Assembly (NCBI GenBank): GCA_003990765.1
Contig: RBNJ01000319.1
Span: 1-33,259, forward strand
Length of the DNA stretch: 33,259 nt
Direction of reading: 5' to 3'
Origin: Jimgerdemannia flammicorona
Taxonomy: Eukaryota
The notes below the pieces were generated by a model. That model did no database searches, was not told the DNA's origin, and saw only the letters and a list, made by a program, of their open reading frames with translations. Made by a program: the position numbers and the translations under genes. Of the stretch, positions 20,003 through 32,687 are shown one piece after another. Within the stretch, counting starts at the first letter, position 1. Each line of letters begins with the position of its first letter.

Positions 20003-20043
20003 TGACGAGGTCGACTTCTGACGTGTGACGAGGTCGACTTCTG
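20003..20043. repeat. Exact 18-bp direct repeat TGACGAGGTCGACTTCTG just upstream of the kinase start
   Basis: Copies at 20003-20020 and 20026-20043. Confidence 0.85.
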
Positions 20044-20549
20044 CGCGTGACATTAAATTAGGCCACACTCGCACACGGACCTCACCTCTTTTGTCTCTTG
20101 GCGCCAGGGTTGGCTGTTAATGGTCGCATTTTTCCATTACGGTAAAATGGTAGCCGTGCCGCTCTCACGGTCAAAACGCCAGCTCCTCTTGTCATTCTTA
20201 CATCATTTTTCATCATAGTTTACCATGGTAAGGATTTATGGTAGTCTGTAAAATGTTAAATGACAAGGCCAGCAAGTTGAAATGTGTCAAAATGTCAAAA
20301 TCTTAACTATTTTTTATTCACATTTAAATAAAACGAATCTAACAATATGCTATATATCAACAAAGATATCTGTCACCATGCTATTCAGTCTGATAGATAC
20401 TGGATACTCAAAGGCTTCGTATGTTGAGAACTACTCATGGTGTCCTATCATATATTGTATAGTATCTGAGTCTATGAGCCAGATATTATCTTCATCAGTA
20501 GTGTATGTATATTTACTAGCTATATTATAGCTCAAAAGGATATGACTGA

Positions 20550-20700
20550 CCAGAATTTATGTCGATCGTTTGTGTCGATCTCGAGCGCGGCATACGGACG
20601 GCGGCGTATGTATGAATTTGTATCACGTGAATCACGTGGCGAAATTTGCAGGCAAATTTGCAGGCAAATTTGCCTGCGGATTGTCAACGATATAAGGGAT
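20550..20700. repeat. CpG-rich motif cluster: ATCACGTG x2, AAATTTGCAGGC x2, 18-bp palindrome
   Basis: CACGTG at 20624 and 20633; perfect palindrome GCAGGCAAATTTGCCTGC at 20660-20677; flanked by CpG-depleted DNA. Confidence 0.75.
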
Positions 20701-21453
20701 AGATGTCTCCAGATTCTCCATATGTATTATTTATGCAAAAAATAGACCATCCTTCTTATTAGTCTCAGTACTGTTTATCTGATCATACTATTCTTTATTT
20801 TTATTTTCACTATATTTATTTTTCTTATAATAGTAATTATACTCAAAATATCTATATTTTTTCATATTAGCTTTATTGTACTTTTGATTTTGCTGGTATT
20901 TCTTATCTCATCTGTAAGAGCTATAAGACTTTTTTATTGCTATTATTATTAAGACCTTACTTTAATTTTTTATTAATAAGTATTATAACAATATACTTAT
21001 AGTTTAAAAACTTGATATTCTTAGTACTCAGGATAAATCAAATTAAATTGAATTAAGATATAATTTGATTCAATTAAAATTAAATCAATGTCCAATTCAA
21101 CTCAATTTGATTTGAATTTAATTTAAATTTTAGCTTGAAAGTTTAGTGACAAAAAAGCAATTATATATTTCTTATATTTTAGATAATATCACTATTACTA
21201 GTTTTAAATTAAATTAAATTTGAAATTCAATTTAAAGTTCAAAATTCAAAACTAAATATAGTAATTCAAAATTCTTATATAATATAACTCATAATAATAT
21301 ATATACTTTTTTTTTTAATAATTAAACATATTACAATTTAGTATATTAGAACTATTTTCCATATTATTACTTATAGAGAATACTATAATAATAGTTTCAC
21401 TATCATATATAGCTTCAACAAGGCTATAAGTATAATCTTAATACAGTAGTCTG

Positions 21454-21484
<31 letters not shown>

Positions 21485-21777
21485 TAAAAATGCTCTAGTA
21501 TATATTTAAAAGAAGTTTATAAAAGAGTATAAAGAAAATAGAGATAATAAAATTAAATATAACTATTGTAAAATGTTATATAAGTTTTATTAATAGCTTA
21601 ATAATAAATTTGCAAGTATATTTTGATAAATTTTATAAGAGTTATCAAGTAAAAGTAATAGAATTATTTATTTGTTATTTGTTTTTTGTTTTTTTTTTAA
21701 AAAAAGTATAATTTTATATATTAACTTATTTTTACTTTTGTTTTTTGTTTTCTTTTTTATTAATTTATTATTACTTA
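20701..21777. mobile_element. Extremely AT-rich hypermutated repeat remnant
   Basis: No CpG. TTGAAT/ATTCAA/TTGATT clusters (21040-21270) are consistent with deaminated TTCGAA-type subterminal repeats. Confidence 0.5.
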
Positions 21778-21942
21778 TTTTTTTTTTTTTTTTTTTTCCA
21801 TACTTGCTTCTGCCAGGCTGGGCTGGACTTTATAGCCCTTTCCCTTTTCGTACCCCTTTCCTTTTTCGGACTTCCCAAATAAGACATATACATATATATA
21901 CATATATTTCGGGTTTAAACATTGATCGCATAGAAATATTGA
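21778..21942. repeat. Dispersed ~165-bp repeat, copy 2
   Basis: Near-identical to 5308-5479. Confidence 0.9.
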
Positions 21943-24639
21943 CCTCAAGGGGAATTATAGGGCATTTTGTTGGATAGACTGAATTTCGTGGGGATTAAGT
22001 TGTCGTAGGTAATGCTCGGGTATTTTATATCGTATTTGAATAAGAAAAGCCGATCAATATTAAGTTGTATTAAAAATCCATTAACATTGTGGTGATCCGA
22101 AGGTCGCATTTCGACTCAACGAGCGCGGGAATCTCACAGATAACACAATGGTTAAATACGACCACTAGATCAACTGCTGAGCGAAGACACTGAAATCATA
22201 TAATTCCAATTAATTCAAAATCTGAAGTTAAAAATTGGTATCTTTTACCTATTACAACAATATATGTATATATCTTGTATATATGGAGTTCATTTTTAGA
22301 TCCTGCAGAATAGGGCCTCGCTAGTCAAATCCATGACAGATTTAAAAACGAAAATAATGATTTCTGAGGATATTTTCTGGGTTTTCTGGAATACAAAATC
22401 TGTTGGAAAGCAAATGTAAAAATAAAATAAAATCAATAAAAAGTTGCATTTTTGCCACGCTTGGTCACAGTGTGTGTGTGTGTAATATTCGGAGGGAGCT
22501 GTGTAAGAGGAATTAGAGCGCGTTATATTTTCATGTGATCCGGCATATATCCACGTCCACCAAGCGGTGAGTCATTCCACGGAGGTGCAAAACATATGGT
22601 CAAAAGAATTATTTGTATATTGGCATCTTTCAAATGTCCTCCAGATGATATACAGATAGAAGAAAGCGCGAACAGCAGGAGGGGAGGGTCGTGGCGACAA
22701 TTTAGATGGAGGAGACCCAGATCATAGAGAGGAGGTTGGAGGTGTTGCAGATGCAGGGGAAAGAGGGCGAAGGCACGGTGAAGAAGAGTAGACAGTAATT
22801 ATAATGAGAGCTCTATTGGCAAACGGCACGGAAGGCAGAAAGTGTGGTTGAAGATGGGACATAAAAATAGAGTGACGAGGGAATCCGACTTGGTCACCGA
22901 GTGACCAACCCCCTGTGCCGTTACGCGGGGCAGCTGAAATCGTTGCAGAAGAAAGTCAGGAAAAAGATCGCAGCGCCCAAGATAGCGACGCCCAAGACGG
23001 CGGATCCTGCCGACGGTATCACTTCAACGCAAACTCGGATGATCATTGGCAATGACGATTCTCCTTGCTTGAGGCTGAGGAACACGCCTCTGTGGAGAAC
23101 GCCATTACGTCAAAGAAAAGGAAGAGGTACAATGGACTAGGTCTAGATTAACTATAGGTTTGTATGGTTTGTATGTTGAATAGAATATATATCGACAGAT
23201 TACTCGTTTACAGTTGGAAACGGAAGCATGAATAAAGAAAAAAAAGAAATTCTCATAGACCAATTTAATAACAAGGTTCCTGAGAAATGAAGAGACGACG
23301 TAAAACATCCCCCCTGAGAGGTGAAGAAAGGCTAACTGTGCGATCACATCCCATTTTGTTATTTATTGCAGTCAAAAATAGATTGCAAAACGTCGTTCAA
23401 TGTGTGTACTAAATCAAGCTACTGTAATTTGAAAAGGATGCCGTAGATGTGATGTTGGTATGTCGTCCGATGCCGTCGGTGTCGGTGTCTGATAGCGGCT
23501 TTGCATAAGGATGGTTCGAGGCAAGGTTTGGAAGACAGTCGCGTGATGGACCAGTTTTTTTTTATTTTTTTATTTCTTTTTTAATTGAACAAAACGTCCA
23601 TTCTACATTTCATATTTGCTCACCATGAACAAGACTTCGGCTCTAACTATTACAAAAGAAGATAAGTCCAAAGCCGTCACCATTGTTACTGTATGCTCAT
23701 TTATTCATTCCATGGCTACCAGTGTCAAGTGTGGATAGTTCTGACATCGCAACATGGACTTTTGGGCGATCTATGTTTAAGCTCTATTTTCCACACCTTA
23801 TCTTCCCCATTGTTTTGTCAAATTTTTCGTGGAATAATACGATCGTGGAGGGGCGCTCTCGTCTCTTTGGATATGCTTGTTAAATGAAATTCAGTCCCAC
23901 AGTGATCTTTCATATTTCAAAGTCAACGACAATGGCCAAACGCTTCCGAGAATTTCGTCCAAGTTGGCAAAATGAGACGAAAAGACCCCCCTGCGCCGTC
24001 GTCCACCCGCTGGCCATAAATCTTATATTCGATTGGTGCGCTCTTTGCCGAATGCGTTCCCCCGAGGCCGCGGGATACCCGTCCTCGAAGGTCTTGAGGG
24101 AATCTGAGGTTTTCCTATATATATGTTCGACGCCTTTCCATCCTCGCGTTCGTCGGTGGATTTTGCCTTTCATGGCATCGGCGTCGGCACTTTTATTGCG
24201 CCGTTTTGTGCTGTGGGCTCTTTGTGAGAGTTTGAATGAATCTCTATTGATTGCTGTAGTAGACATTGCAGTCAGGTTATTGCAGATACGAGACCGTCGC
24301 GCCCCTTGCTCGCGCCCGCCACGGCCGCAGTCGTCACTTCAATGGGCAATGCGTACCCCGCAAGTGTCGCAAGTCATTGGCTTGGAGGGATTGGTCCCAG
24401 GGGCACTTCACTTGGTTGATTTCTGGTCTCCTACGTGTGCTTGTAGCCTCCCAGAACAGCTGTGAGGGATGGTTACTGAGGCGTCCCGTTACACGGACGG
24501 CGCTGGATACGAGATTAGGAGACAGGTTAATATTGCCGCCATAAATTTCCCTGAAGAACGCCGGGCACTCGAGATGGGTGTTGTACAAATTTGGCCGACG
24601 CTCTTCGGGAGGGGTGGCCATATTAGTATATACCTCATG

Positions 24640-25305
24640 TGATGGTAGAATAATGGGCGGGAAGTGATGGTAGCAGTGGTTGAAGCGAGCTAGTGAGTTC
24701 AGGGGGTGCCACTTATGCAGAGAGAATGGGAGGTGTGGTTTTCTCCCCATGGCATGTCTGGTGATCTGCTGTCTCCGGTGGAACTGGAGGGGTGCCAGAA
24801 GATGCACTTTAATGGTTTCTGGTGGGGAGTGGTTGATGGTGCATGTTGAATTGGCATCAGATGGCAGGGCAACAAGGGGGAGGTTGACTGGGGACCCAGG
24901 ATGTGGAGGTGGGACCACCTTCTGCTGGGGGGTATGCTGGTGGATGACTTCAGTCTGGAGGATGGTATGGAGTGTCTTTGGGAGCATGGGCAAGATCTGT
25001 GGCCCATGGCATGGCAAGGGGTGGGGATCAGCAAGGAGTGAGATGGGAATGTGGAGCCAGCAGGTGGTATAGTGGATTCTTCCTAAGTTCTGAGTGGCAT
25101 GGTGGAGGCTTTTGAGGTGAAATGTGATGTTAAACTCTTGGTCAGGATATTTGGTAGATGGGGGAGTTTTGGAGTGTAAAGAGCACTTAATGTCAGATAG
25201 AAGGGTGGGATAGTGCAGACTCCAGAGCATTGGTTGGGGGAGTGTGAGGTGATGGAAGATGGAAGACTTTTGGAGAGCAATTGAGGGTCTTTTGGAGGTC
25301 TGCCC
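24640..25305 (+). mobile_element. L1/Tx1-like LINE ORF2 3' fragment (zf-RVT)
   Basis: AWQGVGISKE..AWWRLLR*NVMLN..TPEHWLGECEV, homologous to 1-560 (opposite strand). Confidence 0.75.
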
Positions 25306-25309
25306 ACCA

Positions 25310-26480
25310 TGACAAATCTCCTTAATTAATGTGGCTTAGTAGAGTATATAAAGCCACAAGTGTTGATTCAAGATTATGATACTGTAAATGACTGTTGAGC
25401 ATTATGAGAGATTATATTCATATTGTTGAACTCTCCAACAAAGCTCATAATATATATAATAATCACTTATAAGGTATAGGAGACTCTACACAATCATTAT
25501 ATGCAAATATCTATATTGAATTGATTCTATCTGAAATCTCAGCTATTCAATCTAAGAATGAAGCCTAAGGAGACTATCTGTAAATATGCCAGTAATATTG
25601 ATAATCTGGTAAATAAGGTGAATTCTCTAAGTATATCAGCATAGTACATAAGTGATAAAGACAAGGTCTTGACTCTTATAAGAAATATCTCTGAAATGTA
25701 TTATGTATGTCATAGTAGCAGCCATACAAGAGAGTGGCAAACTTATGAACTATACTTATATAATAATGAGTCTCATGAATGAGAAAGTGCCAAGGTAATA
25801 ATACTACTGATAATGATGAAAATGTATTCTATAGGTCCTATAGATGTGGCAGTATCCAATAAGGTCAAAAGTATAGACAACAATAAGGTCAATAAATTTA
25901 AATCCAAAATTAATATAATAATCAGTCCACTCAATCATTCAAGTATGATGGCTACTATGAGTACTGCAATAAGTATAAACATAAGAAGTACAATTACTTT
26001 TGCTAGAAAAATGATAAGGAGAGTAGTGAAAATAATAAGCAACAATGTAGAGGTCAGCATTGGTAATATAGAGGTGGCAGAAAGAACTATCAAGGCAAAG
26101 GAGAGTGTGACAATATAAATACTGCCAAAACTGATGAAAGTAGTATATTCTTCATACAAGCAATATATACAAATTACAGTTCTACTACCAAATCCACCAA
26201 TCTGTCATCTATATCTACAAATTCTGATCAATAGCAAAATACTTTTCATTTGACAAAAAGTGGTAATAATATTAGCCATATATTTAGTAATGAATGTACC
26301 ACAAATGTAGCTGATGATAACAATGTCTGTCTAATGGATTCTGGAGTTATACAATATATAATGCTATATAGAGAATGGTTTACTATATATGAGCCTTTCA
26401 AATACCTTTTATCTATTAAATAAGAAGACAACAATGTCATCTATAGTCAAGAAAAGAGAAATATCAAACTGAGTTTACAG
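25310..26480 (+). mobile_element. Decayed Ty1/copia gag-protease
   Basis: LKSQLFNLRMKPKETICKYASNIDNLVNKVNSL (copia gag) and LMDSG..REWFTIYEPF (copia protease). An inverted homolog lies at 31010-32520. Confidence 0.8.
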
Positions 26481-26619
26481 CATCTTTCTCCAGTAACATT
26501 CAGGTTACACAACCTTCTGACAATACTCACAACATAGTTTCAGAGAGAAGACACTAGTAATATAGTAAGCGATGAGCATTCTGAGGTATATACTGGGTAG
26601 GGGGCCCTAAGTACATTTG

Positions 26620-28325
26620 ACTAGCAATATGTGGAGAGGGGCCTAAGCTTGGGGGGAAGCATGAGAGGCTTGCTGGCAGGAGGATATAAAAGGAGAGGGA
26701 GCAGTGTTGGATGACAAGGGATTAGGAAAGCAAGCTTCACAGATAAGGTGAAGAGGAGACAGCCAGCGACTGGACTAGAGGGTTGGTTGAGGAGGAGCAA
26801 GGAGACAGTGAAGAATTCAGAGCAGCAGCTGCAGAGGGGAGTCCCTCTGGGGGGCCAGAGTAGTGGGGCTGGTGGTGTAGTGGCTGAGGGGGTGACTGCT
26901 GATGGGAGTATGATAGGTAATCTGGAAAAAAATCTAGATAGGACTGCTGATAATAGACCAAGTTGTGGGAAGGATATGAGGTCTAGTGATCTGGCTGATA
27001 GTATAATAGACCTGGTGGTGATCCTATTACTCAAGAAGTTGATCTTGGAGTTTGCAGTTACTTTTGCTTCTGGTGCTTAGTGGTAATGGCAAAAATAGTT
27101 CTGAGACTAATTATGAAGCAGATAGATAGTGTGGTATCTGTTAAGTTCCTGGGGGGCCTAGAAGGGGTAGAGGTGGGCTTTGAGAAGGCTGGGCTGTTGG
27201 AGGATGTGCTGAAGGCTGGGTTGACAGTTGGGAAGATATGTGTCCCAATGGCACACTGCTTGAGGTGAGATCCTAGAGAAAGGGGTTCCTATAGTGACTG
27301 CTGTGGAGACAAGGAGGAGAGTTGAGAAAGTCATGGCTGAATACAGAGAGGTGGTCAATGTAGGGTTCAGGGTCTGGAAAGGGACCTCCTTCCAGATAGG
27401 GGATGTTGATGTCCAGATTTGATTGACAGGGAAAAAGACTACTGAGAAGGCTTGTAATTGGCCTTCAGTGATAGTGTTGGGGGCCTTTGTATATAAGGTG
27501 ACAAGGGTGAAGGGGAGTGAGGAGGAGGAAGAGAACCTGTTGGAGGTGCTGGAGGAGCTTAGTGGTACAGTAGAGCAGAGGGCAAAGGCTTAGAAGATAT
27601 ATATAGAGTTGACACACTTGGAGATTGTTGATGGGAAGTATATCTAAGTTGATAAGGGGCTGTGGGAGAAGTCCCAAGGATGTAAGAGGCAGGGGGAGTT
27701 GCTGGTGAAACTAGAGGGTGGGGTGAAGAGGGCTGCTGGTGGTAGTGAGGATACTAGAGGAGCCAAAGCGAGTTTCTGGGTCAGTGGAAGTGGAGAGAAT
27801 GTGGAGGTGGGTCCAGAGGAGGCTGGGAAGGCACTGAGTAAGGATCTGTATGAGGATAGTATATTTGAAGTCTGGGAGGATACTCCTCCTCCTCTTATCA
27901 GGGGGGATCAGCTGCAAGAGGATGTGTTAATGCTTGGTGTCCAGTGAGTGCACTTTGGAGTTCCTGAGGTGGCAAAGGGGGGATAGGTGGTGACAGCTGG
28001 TGAGGATGAACTGGTGAATGTCCCAGAGAAGAAGTGGGATAAGGCTGTAAGTGCAGGGGCAGATACCTTGATGCTGGATGAAAGAAGGCCAGCAACTCCA
28101 GAGATGAAGGGGGTGGGAAACCTACTATGGATGTGCAGGATAATGAATAACTTTGTGGCTGAAGAGTTGGGAGAAGTAGATATGAGAGTGGTGAGTAATG
28201 AGCATTGGGCACAGATCCTATATAGTCATGGAGTGGTGGAGGCACTGAAGGCAGAGGTACCACTAGTTTTCCTAAAGAAGGAAGGATATGAGGTGGATAA
28301 GGAGAGGGAGGCCAAGCTATCATAG
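26620..28325 (+). mobile_element. Decayed LINE ORF1 (RRM-like region plus zinc knuckle)
   Basis: Purine-rich, CpG-poor; VEVGFEKAGLLEDVLKAGLTVG..RVEKVMAEYREVV and a TCWRC.. knuckle remnant (~27535), typical of L1/Tx1 ORF1. Confidence 0.6.
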
Positions 28326-28399
28326 ACCATCTAGAGCCCAATCTTGTTCAGATATACAGAGAAGTCTATCAACTAAACTTATCTAAAAATAGCAAAATA

Positions 28400-30128
28400 T
28401 CTCAGAAAAATAAAAAGGCCTCTTTGTAACTCAAGATAAAATGAAGCTATTTATGAATATTTGAGAAGAACTAATATCCCAGTAACAATAACAACTAGTT
28501 GAACTTCTTCATAAATATGATATATCTTAATGATATCCAGCCATACAACTCATTATATTACTATAGTATAAATATAGAAACTTGTATCTATCCAATAGAA
28601 ATCCTACAGAATACCCTACTATCTAAAGATATTTAAGAAAGAATACATTTAGGAGCTCTTAGATAATAAAGTTATTCAATTTTCTACTAGCTGTTAGACT
28701 AGCTCTATACTTATTATATTTAAGAAAGAAGGATGAAGACTCTGTATAGATTATAGAAAGCTCAACTTAGTAATAGAAAAAGATATCTATTTCTTACTCA
28801 GAATTGATGATCTTTTAGACTAATTACAGGATACTAGAAATTCAGTAGTATATAGATCTCTTTGTAAGATATTATAAGATCTCTAAGGACTATAAGTAAA
28901 TTCAAAAGATAGCCTTTGCTATTATAGGAAATTATTTGAATATCTCTATATCCTTTGGTCTCTACATATACCCCTAAGATTCTAAAGAAGGATAAATTAT
29001 ATCTATACTCTATTAATCTACTACTATCTGATTGTCTATATAGATAATTTCAATATTTATTGAGAAATATTTACAATATCTGCAGAAAATCTTCTAACTC
29101 TCTATCTGAGACCCAATGTAAAAAAATATTTAAAAAGCAGAAACTTGAATTTCTTAAATTTGTAATCTTTTAAGGTACTCATACAATTTAAAGAAAACTG
29201 AGAAGATCAATAACTAGTCAATGTCCAAGATTCCAAAGAAAGCCCTATCCTTTCTGATACTAATATCTTACTATAGAAGAGTAATCTGAAATTTTACCAA
29301 ACTACTATATCAATCTAAACTCTACCCAAGAAAGAAGTACTATATAAATAAAAGAAATCACAAGAGTAAGCTTTTAAAGAACTCAAAGATCTCAAGTACA
29401 CATCAGTCCTTATATGATCCAATTTGCAGAAGCTATTTATCTTATATATAGATATCTCTAAAGATAGTCTTAGAGTAGTTTTAATTCAAGAAGAACCTGA
29501 TCAGCAGTCCTATATAATAGCTTTTATAAGCAGAGCTACCAATAAGTAGCAAGCCAACTATAGTAGCATTAAATTAAAATGTCTTAGAGTTATATAGACA
29601 GTCACTCTGTTCAAGTATTATCTTATTTGAAAAACATTCACTCTGATAACTAATTATACTACTCTCTAATAGATATTCTACTATAAAAAACCTGTCAGAA
29701 TTCTTATTAAATAAATTTTAATTTCTAAAAGATTATAAAATTACCATTATCTATAAAGTAGAGAAAGTTTACAATAATAGGGATATACTTTTCTACAAAA
29801 TCCAATAAATTAAAAAAAGTGTTTACCATAGAACCAAACTCTAAAAAAGCTCTCACTAGTATCAATAAGTAAGCTGACCTCATCCAAAAAGAACATAAGA
29901 AGGCCTATAAATGACAGACAAATATAGAAAAGAAGCTGCCAAAGATATATTAATATTGGTCTACCTCAGAATATAAGTCAGAAGAATACTCAAGAAATGT
30001 AATATTTGCTAGAAATACTAAAGAAAAAAGAACTATTAGACTCCACTATAACTAATTACAACACTTATCCACATCTTCCAAAGATAGAGAGTAGATAATA
30101 TTAGACCTCTATCAGTTATACTCAGATG
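28400..30128 (+). mobile_element. Second, heavily mutated Ty3/gypsy RT-RNase H-integrase fragment of the same family as 561-4110
   Basis: Colinear with the reverse complement of ~1800-3560 (e.g. AGACTCTGTATAGATTATAGAAAGCTCAAC, CAGAATTGATGA); the differences are mainly C>T/G>A. Confidence 0.88.
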
Positions 30129-30134
30129 AATAGA

Positions 30135-31005
30135 GAGAGGCCCTGAGGAGTTGGGGAGACCACCACTTGTCTTTGATGGGGTGTGTTTTAATTTTGAATG
30201 TCTACTGGCTATCAAAGCTATAATATTTGGCATATCATCTGGACTTTCTTGTCTGGGTGGTGATGAGGTTTTTGAAGCTGGCTAAAGATTGAATCTGAGC
30301 TGGGAGGAGGAGTCAGATTGTTGGGAAATCTTATTATTAATGGTAGCTAGAGGAGGCCTTGGGCTGGTTGACTTTCTGAAGAGGCTGTATTGTCTGAGAG
30401 CATGGTGGCTGAAGAGAGCTGTGGAACTGAGGGGTGGTAGCTAGGTTCCTCTGATGAAGAAGGTCTGGAAGATGAGGTTCTTGCCAAAAGGCTATAGGAG
30501 ATCTACTGTCCTTGGTTGGGCTTTTGAATAGTGGGTGTATGCAGTATAAGAGCTTCTGGTTGAGAGAAGTTTATGGGGTACACTACATCAGTATTCAGCA
30601 ACAGAGGGCTGAAGGAGAGATACTTTGGAGCCTAGTGATATAGAGATGAGATTGAGTATTATTGGAGGATACTCCTCTGATTGACTTTGATATTGGTGAT
30701 GGAGTCAAGTGCCAGAAGGGGTTAGGACAGAATATTTGGTCTAGTGGTTGACAGATAGTTAATATTGGAGAGAAGTGGAACTAGAATGGGGTCTGGGTCT
30801 AGAGTATAAAGATATGGCAATAGCTACCACCTAAGTACTAAGTGGTTTAGTGGTGCATGCTACAGAGGAATATCATGCTCAACTTTTGCTCAAGCTATCT
30901 GGTAGAGAGGAGTAATCTTGACTATGAGGAGTATTACAATATAGGACAGGAAGGGGGGTTTGTGAAGACACCAAGACATTGGCTAGAAGAGTATGAAATA
31001 CTTAT
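30135..31005 (+). mobile_element. L1/Tx1-like LINE ORF2 fragment (post-RT region to zf-RVT)
   Basis: LRSWGDHHLSLMGCVLILNVYWLSKL*YLA, RGGLGLVDF, LPPKY..WCMLQRNIMLN..TPRHWLEEYE. Confidence 0.78.
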
Positions 31006-31009
31006 CAAA

Positions 31010-32520
31010 AAAAGGTTTTTGCCAATTTCTGGAGCATATAGTATATCTAAGAAAGTGCTGGCTGGTTCTGCAATATTGTCACTGAGATATATCCCAACAT
31101 TTCCATTTTCTTAAGCATAGATGATATTGTGTCTCCTAATTTGTTAGATATAGAGTATTTAAAAGGCTCATATGTAGAGAACTATTCCCTATGTAGTGTC
31201 ATATATTATATGGCTCCAGAATCCATTAGCCAGACATCATTGTTATTAGCTATGTTTGCAGTACATTTGTTACTAGATACATAGCTAGGATTGTCACTCT
31301 GTTGGTATTTTCACTGAAAGTGTTGCTAATGTCATTACTACTTTTTATTAACTGAAAAGTGTTTGACTATTAACTGGAATTCATATATATAGATAACAGA
31401 TTAGTGAATTTAGTAGATTTAGTAGATTTGGCAGATTTGGTAGATGTGGTAGTAGAACTGAAATCTACATATATTGCTTAACATACTGCTGCTTTCATCA
31501 GTTTTGGTGATATTGGTATTGTCATATTACCCTTTACTATGATAACTCTTTCTGTTGCTTATATATTACCAATACTGGCTTCTACATTATTGCTTATTTT
31601 TACTACTCTCTTTATCATTTTCTTAGCAATAACAGTTATACTTCATATATCTATACTTGCTATAGTATTTATAGTAACTATTATACTTAGTTGATTGACT
31701 GGACTAGTTATTATTGAATTATTGAGCTTGGGTTTGAGTTCATTGGCCTTGTTGTCTATGCTTTTGACCTTGTTTAGTACTATGTCTACATGACCTATAG
31801 AATATATTTTCATCATTATTGCTACTGTTTCCTTGGCACATTTCCTCATTCATGAGACTTGTTATAATGTGAGCATAATCCATGAGTTTACTGCTCTCTT
31901 ACATAGCTGCTACTCTGATGTAATATCTCTTTAGGAGGTTCCTTATAATAGCTAAGACATTGTCTTCATCACTAATATATTGTGCTGATATGCTTAGTGA
32001 GTTTACCTGATTCATTAGATTATCAACATAACTGACATATTTACAGATAGTCTTCTTTGGCTTCATTCATAGATTGAATAGCTAAGATTTCAGGTAGAAT
32101 TAATTTGATATAGATATTTATATATAATAATTATATAGAGTCTCTCATACCTTATAAGTAGTTACTGCATGTATTATAAGCTTTGTTTAGGAGTTAGATA
32201 GTATGAATGTGATCTCAAATAATACTCAATGTTCATTTGTACCATCATAAGTACTTGTAGCTTCATATACTTTATTAAGTACATTCATCAAGAAAATTCA
32301 TCATATGGAATGCCCAGATTGTATAATCTTTCTCATTGAAGATCAGAATAGACCTCTGGACTATGTTTATACTTATAACTAGGACTGTGTTTGTGTTTTC
32401 TATACCTGTTGTAGTTGTTATTATAATTATATCTATAGGAATGCTTGTGATTGATATATCTATTTTTATGCTTATATTGCTAGGCTATTCATTGGACATT
32501 TCTAGTATAGTGTATTTTAA
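31010..32520 (-). mobile_element. Decayed Ty1/copia gag-protease, inverted relative to 25310-26480
   Basis: Minus strand reads VWLMDSGA..FSTYEPF..LDILYAPEIGKNL. ORF 31643..31849 matches ORF 25813..26118. Confidence 0.8.
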
Positions 32521-32687
32521 AGAGGTATATTTATATACTTAGCATTAAGGGAGCTCATAAACTTTATAGTAAAAGAGAGATGTTTTATTAAAGTTGCATA
32601 GGTCATATATTACATATATTACTGATGAATAACATTAATCTAATGGAATGGCATAAGTTGTATATTGAATATCAAGTTGCTATCCCA

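Noticed and set aside
22560..24640. Coding-like CpG-normal DNA with several ORFs (22901..23140, 23884..24465, 23910..24266)
   Set aside because: No recognisable family or consistent exon structure by eye; may be a gene remnant and needs a homology search.
24334..25230. 298-aa His/Pro-rich minus-strand ORF
   Set aside because: It is antisense to the G-rich LINE fragment and crosses the element boundary.
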